From assembly GCA_965226885.1 (NCBI GenBank), contig CBDDEL010000016.1, forward strand, positions 320,001-384,000: 64,000 nt of DNA, read 5' to 3'. A program made the position numbers and the translations under genes. The DNA is from Opitutales bacterium (GTDB lineage Bacteria; Verrucomicrobiota; Verrucomicrobiia; Opitutales; UBA2987). Numbering within the stretch: the stretch's first letter is position 1; each line of letters starts with the position of its first letter. Positions 55,354 through 64,000 of this stretch are shown here, one piece after another. Under the pieces are notes generated by a model, which was not told where the DNA came from, made no database searches, and saw only the letters and a program-made list of their open reading frames with translations.

Positions 55354-58143
55354 CTACTCAACCGGCAACCCCGCCGGGACGCTGAAGAGGCTGCCGTCGT
55401 CAGACCTTTGAAAATATCGCCTTTCCGGGGTGTTGTCGGGGAAGGTAAAAATCCAACCTGAGTTATCCCCAAACAAAAACTCCCACCGGTAGGTATTTTC
55501 ATTAATAAACAACCAATCACCGAGGCCTAAATCCCAAACGAATATAACTTCCTCTGTGCTCCCGGAGTCGACAAACTGCCAGCCGTGTTCGTCGTGGTAG
55601 ACCCAGGGCCAAGAATCGACGTTGTAATTCATATACCACGAAGAGGATCGCCAACCGGGAAAGCCATTGATGGGTTGCCCCTGGAAAATGTTCAGGTTTT
55701 GCGGCGCGAAATCAACCGTGAGCCCGTCGATGGCATCAAGAGAGTCGATATTCTGTCGCTGCGCCGAACCGGGAGTCACATTGATGAAATTATTCTTCAA
55801 TCGCAGCCCCGCGCCGAAACTGCCATCCCGAAGATTGATCAATCCCGCCAAAGCACTGATATCGCTGATCTGGTTGTTGTCGAGATTTAGAAATGTCAGG
55901 TTGGTGAGCCCACTCAAAGAGCTGATATCGCTGATCTGGTTGCTGCCGAGGACTAGAATTGTCAGGCTGGTAAGCCCGCTCAGAACGCTGATATCGCTGA
56001 TCTGATTGGAAAAAAGGTTCAGGAGGGTCAAATTCACGGCTGTCTCCAGGCCACTAAGATCTGCGATATTTAAAAAAGTGGCTGTCAGAGAGGTCAGGTT
56101 AGCCAGGTCCGACGAGTTTAGAACGCCTGTGGGTACCCCCAGAGTGTTTCGGATGACCGACTCTAAACCACTATCCGGTATGCTTATACTAAATAAATTT
56201 TGAGGCTCAAACTCAACCGTGAGCCCATCAATGGCATCGAGAGCGTCGATGATTTGCCGCTGCGCCGAGCCGGGAGCCACATCGATGAGATTATTCTGCA
56301 GTCGCAGCCCCGCGCCGAAACTGCCATCCCGAAGATTGATCAATCCCGCCAAAGCGCGAATATCGCTGATCTGGTTTTCTTCAACATTCAGACTAGTCAA
56401 TACCGTCAAACCACTCAAGAGGCTTAGGTCGTTAATCTGATTAAAGGACAAATCAAGATCGGTCAGATTCACGGCGGCCTCCAGGCCGCTAATATCGTTA
56501 ATATCGAGTTCCGCGGCAGTAAGGAAAGTCAGGCTGGCCAGATCCGCTTCCGTCAAGTCGTCGCCGGGTTTGCCCAGGGTATCGCGGATGGCTGATTCCA
56601 AGGCGTTGTCGGGTATATCGACCAGGTAGGCGGAGGTGTCTCTTTGAGCATAATCGAAGTAACGCTTGCCATCTACCACGGACTCACTCAATTCAATGAA
56701 GAATTCTCCCGCTTCAGCCTGATAAAACTGTGTTTCCACCACTACAGTTTCGGGATCAGGTCCTCCAACCAGCGCTTCAAGCAAGATCCGGCCCTCCAAC
56801 GTCGCAGGTGGCTCGACCTCCTCAAGATAGTAAGCAGTGGCGGCAATATCCACATTCCCCGAAGGCGCCTGGATTTTCAACCCTTCTTTAATGTCGGGAC
56901 CCGATAAAAACAACTTGATGTGTATGTCGAATGGACTGGCCGAGCCATGCCCCCAACCGCTGCGCCAGGAGACATGTCCGCGGAATCCGTGCTCATTCGA
57001 CAAGTCGTTCCAATGCGGTGATACAAGCAAGTCGGCGGCCCTGTCGTGATCCCAATGAATAGCATAAAATGAAAAGGTGCCCGGAAAGATTCCGAGCATC
57101 TCGCCGGGGCTTGCCGCCCTTGCAAAAATGGCCCCGACAGTGGGTTCCGATTGAAGCGCCGTCACGATGGATTGAGCCAGCTCATCACTGTAGCTCTTCA
57201 GATAGATGGCCATGTTGTTGACCAGGACAACGTCGTCACTGAAGCCGTGCTTTGCCAACAGATCCCCCAACCTTCCTTCATTATCGCGAGTGGAAAAGCC
57301 GTGGTCAGCGGTGACGATGATATTAATGCTATCCTCCAAACCCATCTCTTTGTGCCGATCGAGAATCCGGCCAATTTCACCATCCAGTTGCCCCAGTGCT
57401 TGATCCGTTTGAGGAGCGCCGATCCCAAAGCGGTGAGCGGTGTGATCGGGATCGGTCAGCCACATAAATGTAAGGTCGGGCTCAATTTCATTGAGCCCGA
57501 GTTCAAGGTAGGCATTTACCGCCCAGGCATTCCGTAAAGTAGCCGGTCTTGAATCCCCCGGAACGGGCCCCAGTATTTCTAGAACATGCTCCATCATCGT
57601 CTCCGGATTAATCAGGCCGGTTCCAATCACCCCTCCCCCCAGTCCTTTGTGATTGAGCAAAAAGGAAGATCCACCGCTATCGGCCGAACTCACTGCCAGA
57701 ACCTTTTTCCCGGCCAGATGATATACTTCCCCGATTGAAGGCACCGTCAATAGATCGCCATTGGTAAATTCCTCGATCATCCTTAAATTCTCAACTGAGG
57801 AAGTCGTCAGCACCTCTTCAGTGATTTCCGGAAAATAGACTGAATTTGCCATCAATCCATGAGATGCCGGATAGGCTCCCGTTGAGATGGAAGAAGAATT
57901 CACCCGGGTAACAGTGGGATAAACCGAATGATGATTTTCGTAGACAACTCCCCCCTCACCAAGGGCAAAAAGATTCGGCATCAGCTCCGGAGTCACGTAA
58001 TCGGGCCGCAGCCCATCAAGGACGATGACCAGCACTCTGTTACCGGCTACTCCCTGTGATAGTGTGGTCAGGGCCAGGAAAAGGACCGAAATGGTTATTT
58101 GGCAGAATCGGATGAAATAATGGGGCTTAAAATTTGATGACAT
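55354..58143 (-). CDS. Secreted alkaline-phosphatase-superfamily (NPP-like) enzyme fused to internalin-type LRRs and a Trp-rich C-terminal module
   Basis: Signal peptide, VLDGLRPD, PTVTRVN, DPDHTAH, TADHGF, WGHGS, and LxxLxLxxNQISDISxL repeats in two blocks. True start taken as MSSNFK because the upstream ORF extension is IS sequence. Confidence 0.88.
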   Translation of the reverse strand: MSSNFKPHYFIRFCQITISVLFLALTTLSQGVAGNRVLVIVLDGLRPDYVTPELMPNLFALGEGGVVYENHHSVYPTVTRVNSSSISTGAYPASHGLMANSVYFPEITEEVLTTSSVENLRMIEEFTNGDLLTVPSIGEVYHLAGKKVLAVSSADSGGSSFLLNHKGLGGGVIGTGLINPETMMEHVLEILGPVPGDSRPATLRNAWAVNAYLELGLNEIEPDLTFMWLTDPDHTAHRFGIGAPQTDQALGQLDGEIGRILDRHKEMGLEDSINIIVTADHGFSTRDNEGRLGDLLAKHGFSDDVVLVNNMAIYLKSYSDELAQSIVTALQSEPTVGAIFARAASPGEMLGIFPGTFSFYAIHWDHDRAADLLVSPHWNDLSNEHGFRGHVSWRSGWGHGSASPFDIHIKLFLSGPDIKEGLKIQAPSGNVDIAATAYYLEEVEPPATLEGRILLEALVGGPDPETVVVETQFYQAEAGEFFIELSESVVDGKRYFDYAQRDTSAYLVDIPDNALESAIRDTLGKPGDDLTEADLASLTFLTAAELDINDISGLEAAVNLTDLDLSFNQINDLSLLSGLTVLTSLNVEENQISDIRALAGLINLRDGSFGAGLRLQNNLIDVAPGSAQRQIIDALDAIDGLTVEFEPQNLFSISIPDSGLESVIRNTLGVPTGVLNSSDLANLTSLTATFLNIADLSGLETAVNLTLLNLFSNQISDISVLSGLTSLTILVLGSNQISDISSLSGLTNLTFLNLDNNQISDISALAGLINLRDGSFGAGLRLKNNFINVTPGSAQRQNIDSLDAIDGLTVDFAPQNLNIFQGQPINGFPGWRSSSWYMNYNVDSWPWVYHDEHGWQFVDSGSTEEVIFVWDLGLGDWLFINENTYRWEFLFGDNSGWIFTFPDNTPERRYFQRSDDGSLFSVPAGLPVE

Positions 58144-58238
58144 CGAAATTGCCCTTTCTTTGCTGGTTGACCCTGAACAGCCATTGGCCTGTTGGGGTAA
58201 ATTTGCGATACAGAGTGTGGATTTTTGAAGGTATATTA

Positions 58239-60075
58239 GAGGCTGTCCCAAAAATATAAAGATTTTATAGTCAACTGGATGACGTTGATAAAAAGAGCCG
58301 GAAAGAGCAAGTTTTTGCTCGATCCGGCCAAAAAAGGGTTCTATAATTGAGTTAGCGAAAATCAATATAGCCCTTTCTATGCCCTTTCTATGAAAAATAT
58401 AGCCATCCAATGCCTCCTGCGTCCAGCTTTAACTGTGGTCGACCGGTGCCTCGATTACGATAACTTCCGCGCCACCATTGATCGAATCGATCGGCTGCTG
58501 ATCGACTCGGAGGTGGAATCGCAGGCCATTGAGCTGGCCTTGGAGGGGTGGCCGCCAATGGGTCTAAAGGCCCGGCGGCAGCGGGCCAGTTTTGCCATCA
58601 AGGCACTGCGCATGGATACGCTGGGCCGTCTGCTCGGAGGGATTTCGTTTCGGCATTTGTCGCGGGCTCTGGGCAGCAGCGATCTGTTGGCCGACTTTTG
58701 CCGTGTCCGGCAGATCGATGGCATCAGGGGCATCTCCAAAAGCACCCTGGAGCGGGCCTCGAAGTTTTTCAGCGAAGAGCAGTTGAGGGCCTTGCACCGG
58801 ACCTTGACTGAGGTGGTGGGCGATGCCCTTCTGGGCCGGCAGGTGGGATTGGACAAGCCGATTGACACCACCATTTGCCTGATCGACGGCACCTGTTTGG
58901 AGGCTAACATTCATTGGCCGACGGACTGGGTATTACTCAAGGATGTAGCCGGCACGTTGCTCAAAGCGATCCGGCTGATCCGCGAGAAGGCCGGTTTGCG
59001 CCATCGCATGCCGATCGAACCGGAGCCCTTGGCTCGGCAGATGAATCGGCTGTGCATACAGATGACCCACAGCCGGCGGCGAAAGGACAGCGCGCGGCAG
59101 CGCAAGGGTATCTTGAGGCAGATGAAAAAGCTGCTCAAACGGATCGGGGAGCATGCCCGCAGTCACCGGGAATTATTGCAAGCCTGCTGGGAGCAAAGCG
59201 ATTACAGCGAAAAACAGGTCCAACAGATCCTCGCCCGGATGGAGCGCATGAGCGAGCAAATCCCGGTGGTCATCAAACAGGCGCACGAGCGGATCATTGG
59301 CGGCCGGCAGGTGAAAAACGCAGAGAAAGTCTTGAGTGTTTACGAACTCGATGGGCAGGTGATTGTGCGAGGTAAAGCGGGCCAAGAGGTCGAGTTCGGC
59401 AACACCCTGTTTTTGGGAGAAAGCGTTGAAGGGTACCTGCTGGACTGGAAACTCTACGGCAGCCGAACTCCAAGCGAAAATGAACAAATGCAAGAGAGTT
59501 TGCAAAGACAGAACCGCTTCAACCTGGAAGAACCCATAGCGGCCATGTGCGCGGACCGGGGATTTGCCTCCCAGCGGGCCCGCCGGCAGTTAGCCCAGGA
59601 GGGAATCTACGACGCGCTCTGTCCACGCGATCCGAAGCAGTTGAAAAAACGGATGGAGGAACCACTGTTCAGACAATTGCAAAAGCGCCGGGCCAGCACC
59701 GAAGGGCGGATCGGGGGGATCGGGGTATTGAAGAATCGCTGGCAGGCCGGGCGGTTGCGCAGCAAAGGCTTTGCCAACCGCTCGATCAGCGTAGCCTGGT
59801 CGGTACTCTCGCACAACCTATGGAAAGTAGCCAAGATGCTGGCCCAGCAAGACGAACTAAAAACCAAAGCGGCGGCCTAGAGAGCGGAAAAGCAAGGACA
59901 ATACTTTTTCACAGCCTTACTGTCGGCTCATACAAAGAAAACCAGGCAACCGGACCCCAAAACCAGTATCCTAACGTCATAGGAGAGCAAAGTTGATACT
60001 CTCCCAAATGCAAATACCTCTAAAATGAGCGCCTATCAAAAGCCCTCGCAAAAATCACCCTTTTGGGACAGCCTC
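58239..60075 (+). mobile_element. IS5/ISNCY-like DDE element copy 2 (496-aa transposase 58390..59880)
   Basis: 15-bp IRs GAGGCTGTCCCAAAA / TTTTGGGACAGCCTC with 7-bp TSD TATATTA. DGTCLEANIHWPTD, RGKAGQEVEFG, ADRGF, RASTEGRI. The exact family is uncertain. Confidence 0.88.
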
Positions 60076-60471
60076 TATATTATGGACATTGGAATTGCCT
60101 TCAAGGTATATTATGGACATTGGAATTGCCTTCTATTGGATAGTTTTGCTGGAAAGTACAATTATTCAGGATTGTCCTTGGTTAATGGTATTGGCCAGAA
60201 GTTCCAATCAATGGCACTCAGCCGGGCAACCACATTCCCCAATGTCAGGCAGCATCCAGGCTGGAATGTATAGATGATTGGCATGAATAGGGGAAGTAAC
60301 CGGAAATGGCATAACCGTCAAATGAAATTTTGCGATTGGGAAACCTTCACCTGGAATATTAAGCAAAAAAATAGGATCAGTCTGGAGGCCCAAAAATCCG
60401 ATTTCCTATTCAAGTATACCGGGAAATCACTAAAAAGAAGCCGTCTTTAATATTAAAGACTCAGTAAATCC

Positions 60472-62480
60472 CTACTCAACCGGCAACCCCTCCGGAACGC
60501 TGAAGAGGCTGCCATCATCAGACCTTTGAAAAAATCGCCTTTCCGGGGTGTTGTCGGGGAAGGTAAAAATCCAGCCTGGATTATCCCCGAATAAGAACAT
60601 CCAACGGTAGGTGCTCTCATCCAGAAAGATCCATTCCGCCAAACCCAAATCCCATAGGAAGAATATCTCTTGCGGGTTCTCCCCGGAAACAAATTGCCAG
60701 CCGTGCTCATCGTGGAAAATCCAGGGCATAAAATCCACGTTGTAATTGAGATACCAGGGGGAGGCCTGCCAACCGGGGAATCCAGGTATGTCCTCGCCGC
60801 AAAACACGTCCTCACATAATGGCGGGCCGAAAGTGGCCAGGAAGGATTGCTCCACGGGGAGCGCGGGGAGGTAGTTTTCGCTGCCCTCCTGATTGGCCTC
60901 AATGTTGATTTGCCCCTCGCCGCTGAGCGTTACCGTTGAGCCTACAATCGCCGCAATGGTCGCTCCTTCAACCACCGTAAATGAAACCGGCAGGCCGCTG
61001 CTTGACACCGCAAAAATTGGCAATGGGGAATCCGCCACAGATGAATTCCCAATGGGATTGAAAGTGATGATCTGGTCGGCCATGCCGATGGCGAAGCTCC
61101 GGTCCACCGGCGGGGCGGGGTTGAAATTTCTGTTGCCAGCCTGTCCGGCGCGGATGGTGACGCTGCCGACGCCTGAAATCGTAACCGTATTTTCGTTGAT
61201 GTCTATCAACTCCGCACCCACCAAAACAGAATAAGAGACCGACAGGCCACTGTTTGCCGAGGCGCTCAGAGAGTAAGACGGATCGTCAAATACTTTGTTC
61301 TCAAGGGCGTTGAAAGTAATTATTTGGTCGCCCTTGATGGTGGTCAAGTCTGCTACCCATGCTTCCTTTTGGCCACCCGGATTGGTTCCCCATCCGGCGA
61401 TTTTCAATCCATCCTCAGATACGGCGCTGGCCTGGATTAAGGTCCAGCCGGTCAAGTCCAGTCCCAATTCAATTTCCAAAACCGACTTTAGAGCGCTCAT
61501 CCCCACCCCGGCGTCCCAAATATAAGCCTCCAGCGCATCTTCGCCCGAAGCCGGTGTGCTCCAACCGACAATTACCGAACCGTCCGCGGAAACACCCAAG
61601 GCTTCACTAAAGTATCCGCCCCCGGCCAAATCACCCAAGCCTGTCATCCCGCCTGCCTCGGTCCATCGAAATGCCTCGATTCCCGATGCCGATTCGCTCC
61701 GGCCCACCACGATCGACCCATCGGAAGAAACACCATTGGCCAGGCTGAAAAAACTGCCCCCGGCCAAATCTCCCAAGCCTGCCATTCCGCCTGCCTCGGT
61801 CCATAGGAACGCCTCCATTCCCGATTCCGATTCGCTTCGGCCCACCACAACCGACCCGTCCGAAGAAACGCCCCGAGCTAAACTGAAAAAACTGCCGCCG
61901 GTCAAATCTCCAAGACCCACCATCCCACCTGCCTGCGTCCAGCGAAACGCTTCCAAACCGGCAATGGTCACACTTAACCCCGCCACGACCGTCTCTTCTG
62001 CGGAACCGCTGCCCCCGGAAAACCTGCCCCCCGCCTGGGTCCACCGAAACGTTTCAATGGCTGCAGGTGCATCGCTCGCGCTTCCCCCCACAATGACCGA
62101 TCCATCGGAGGAGACTCCCGTCGCTTCGCTCTTGAAAACGCCACCCGCGAGGTCTCCCAAACCGGTTAAACCGCCGGCCTCGGTCCAGCGGAAAGCTTCA
62201 CCTCCGGAGATCGAAAGGCCTTCACCCACAACCACCGACCCATCCCCGGAAACACCCCTGGCCACACTCTTGAAATCACCGCCGCTAAGGTCACCCAAAC
62301 CTGTCAATCCGCCTGTTTCGGTCCAGCGAAACCCTTCCATCCCCAAGGCTGATTCACTTTTACCCACAACCACCGACCCGTCCGCGGCAATCCCCACGGC
62401 TTCACTGCTCAAATCGCCCCCTGAGAGATCCCCGAGGCCCTCAAAACTGGCTCCCAACAAAAAGGAAGGCATTGCCACCA
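60472..62480 (-). pseudogene. HAF-like extracellular repeat protein with Ig-like repeats and Trp-rich C-terminal module; 5' end cut by IS3
   Basis: About six EAFRWTEAGGMxGLGDLAGG...SxAxGVSxDGSVVVG repeats and two DQIITFN repeats. An IS3 end begins at 62481 within the signal peptide. Confidence 0.85.
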
Positions 62481-62519
62481 TGATGTGCACTGGAAAAAGT
62501 GGACACGAGATTCTCCTAA
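62481..62519 (+). mobile_element. IS3 type a copy 3, left end only (interrupted by IS1380)
   Basis: TGATGTGCACTGGAAAAAGTGGACACGAGATTCTCCTAA is the reverse complement of 24676-24714. Confidence 0.9.
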
Positions 62520-64000
62520 CCCGGATATTTCGTAAAAAAAGTATCGTTGATATGCTTAACTGCTGATATACAGCAGGATAGATCAATAATTAAAGCAATA
62601 TCAGCGATGACAAAAGGTAAACAATTAAAGCTACAGTTGACAAGGGTAAAAGGCCGCCGTGTGCGGGTTGATTTCAAGGGCGGAGAGGTTACTTCGGATG
62701 CCGGACTGCTTTTGATCCGGGAAGTGGATCGGCAGTTGGGCTTGACCGAACGAGCGGCCCGACAGTTAGTGGACAAACGGCAGAAGGGCAAAGTACGCCA
62801 TGAGGTCTTGGGGATGCTGCGGCAGCGCGTTTACGGGCTGGTGGCGGGCTATGAGGATTTGAACGACTTTGATACCCTGCGCCACGATCCATTGTTGCAA
62901 ACGGTAACGGGGCGCATTGAAACGTTGGCCAGCGCGCCGACTTTGTGTCGTTTTGAAAACGGGCAGGATCGGCGGGCGGCCTTTGCGGTAAACGAGCTGT
63001 TGGTCGAACAGTTCATGGGCTCCTTTGCCGAGGAACCCGAAGAGATCATCCTGGACTTTGACGGCACCGACAATCCGGTGCACGGGCTCCAGGAGGGACG
63101 TTTTTTCCACGGTTATTATGATCATTACTGTTTTCTGCCGCTATATGTTTTTTGCGGTGATCAGCTGCTGGTGGCCTACCTGCGGCCGAGCAAGTTCGAT
63201 GCCAGCAAGCATGCCGGGGCCATCCTCAAATTGCTGGTTAAACGGATTCGCCAAAGCTGGCCCCGTACGCGGATTATTTGGCGCGCCGACAGTGGATTTT
63301 GTCGAGACCGGATACTCTCTTGGTGCGACCGCAACGAAGTTAGTTACATCGTGGGGATGGCTCGCAATGCACGCTTGCAGCAAGACGCCCAGCAGTTGCA
63401 AAAGCAGGCCAAAGAATGGTTCGAACTAAGGGGTAAAAAACAACGGTTATTCCAGGACTTCGTCTATGCTGCCGATTCGTGGCGATGGCTGCGGTTGGTC
63501 ATCCATAAAGCCGAACACACCGCACAGGGGTCCAACCCGCGCTTCGTGGTGACGAACCTGCCGGGCGATCCCCAGGAGCTTTACGACAAGGTATACTGTG
63601 GCCGCGGTGAAATGGAGAACCGAATCAAGGAACAGATGCAATTGTTCAGCGAGCGCACCAGCGCCCATCAATGGTGGGCCAATCAGTGGCGATTGCTCTT
63701 GTCGGCGCTGGCCTACACCTTGATGGAAGCCATGCGCCGGTTAGCCTTAAAAGGGACGAAGTGGGCGCGGGCCCAATGCCACACCCTGCGGCTCAAATTA
63801 ATCAAGATCGGAGCGGTCATCGTGCGCAACACCCGAACGATTCACTTTCACCTAAGTGAGAGTTATCCTTGGGCCAGTCTTTTCAACCATGCGGCCCGCC
63901 GATTGGTGCCAACCTAAAGGGTGCATTGGTGCTGCCCCCGGCACTACCGAACCAATGGGGGAAAGGGGGCAGTGTCTCTACACCCTGAAAAACACCTAAA
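62520..64000 (+). mobile_element. IS1380-family element copy 5 (transposase to 63917; runs off the window end)
   Basis: Left IR CCCGGATATTTC after CTAA, full-length ORF. Confidence 0.95.

Noticed and set aside
58144..58410. N-terminal 89-aa extension of the 1018-aa ORF
   Set aside because: It reads out of the IS end. The signal peptide starts at 58143.
55330..60810. Possible diversity-generating retroelement VR/TR pair in the duplicated C-termini
   Set aside because: No reverse transcriptase is present, both copies are coding ends, and the differences do not look adenine-specific.
61560..62450. Regularly spaced nucleotide repeats
   Set aside because: These are coding repeats of the HAF-like protein, not an array.
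62516..62519. CTAA flank as the recombination partner of IS1380 copy 3
   Set aside because: This CTAA is native IS3 end sequence, and the DNA after 37473 is not IS3.
62481..62586. N-terminus of the 704-aa ORF (also the extension of ORF 35417..35908)
   Set aside because: It is derived from IS3 and IS1380 terminal sequence.

Overview
A heavily IS-invaded, decaying stretch of a bacterial chromosome. It is probably Verrucomicrobiota/Opitutales; this is inferred from the PEP-CTERM protein, the Trp-rich C-terminal domains and the AP2-like protein. By my count about 28 kb (~44%) is insertion sequence: 22 copies of 8 elements (IS21 x3, IS1380 x5, IS630 x3, two IS1 types x4+1, two IS3 types x3+1, an IS5/ISNCY-like element x2), often nested, with target duplications still readable. 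Host genes include prfA, prmC, an S41 tail-specific protease, an ECF sigma/anti-sigma pair, FIST, a Na+/H+ antiporter, hicBA-higA and tRNA-Tyr. Many genes are broken (glnE, IPTL-CTERM, GIN/DUF2807, HAF-repeat and Imm40-like genes, and phage head genes). The most notable signal is a dispersed, multi-copy, integrase-less integron-like platform. It consists of a conserved ~150-bp upstream arm ending in an attI-like GTT crossover and a conserved ~130-bp downstream arm. It occurs four times, each copy loaded with different cassette-type genes; attC sites are clear at three copies and only tentative at the fourth. Other signals are an isolated Mu-like capsid module with an intact major capsid gene, a pervasive 9-31 bp tandem micro-duplication signature, and a shared C-terminal module on two unrelated surface proteins. 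All alignments were made by eye; no database searches were run.
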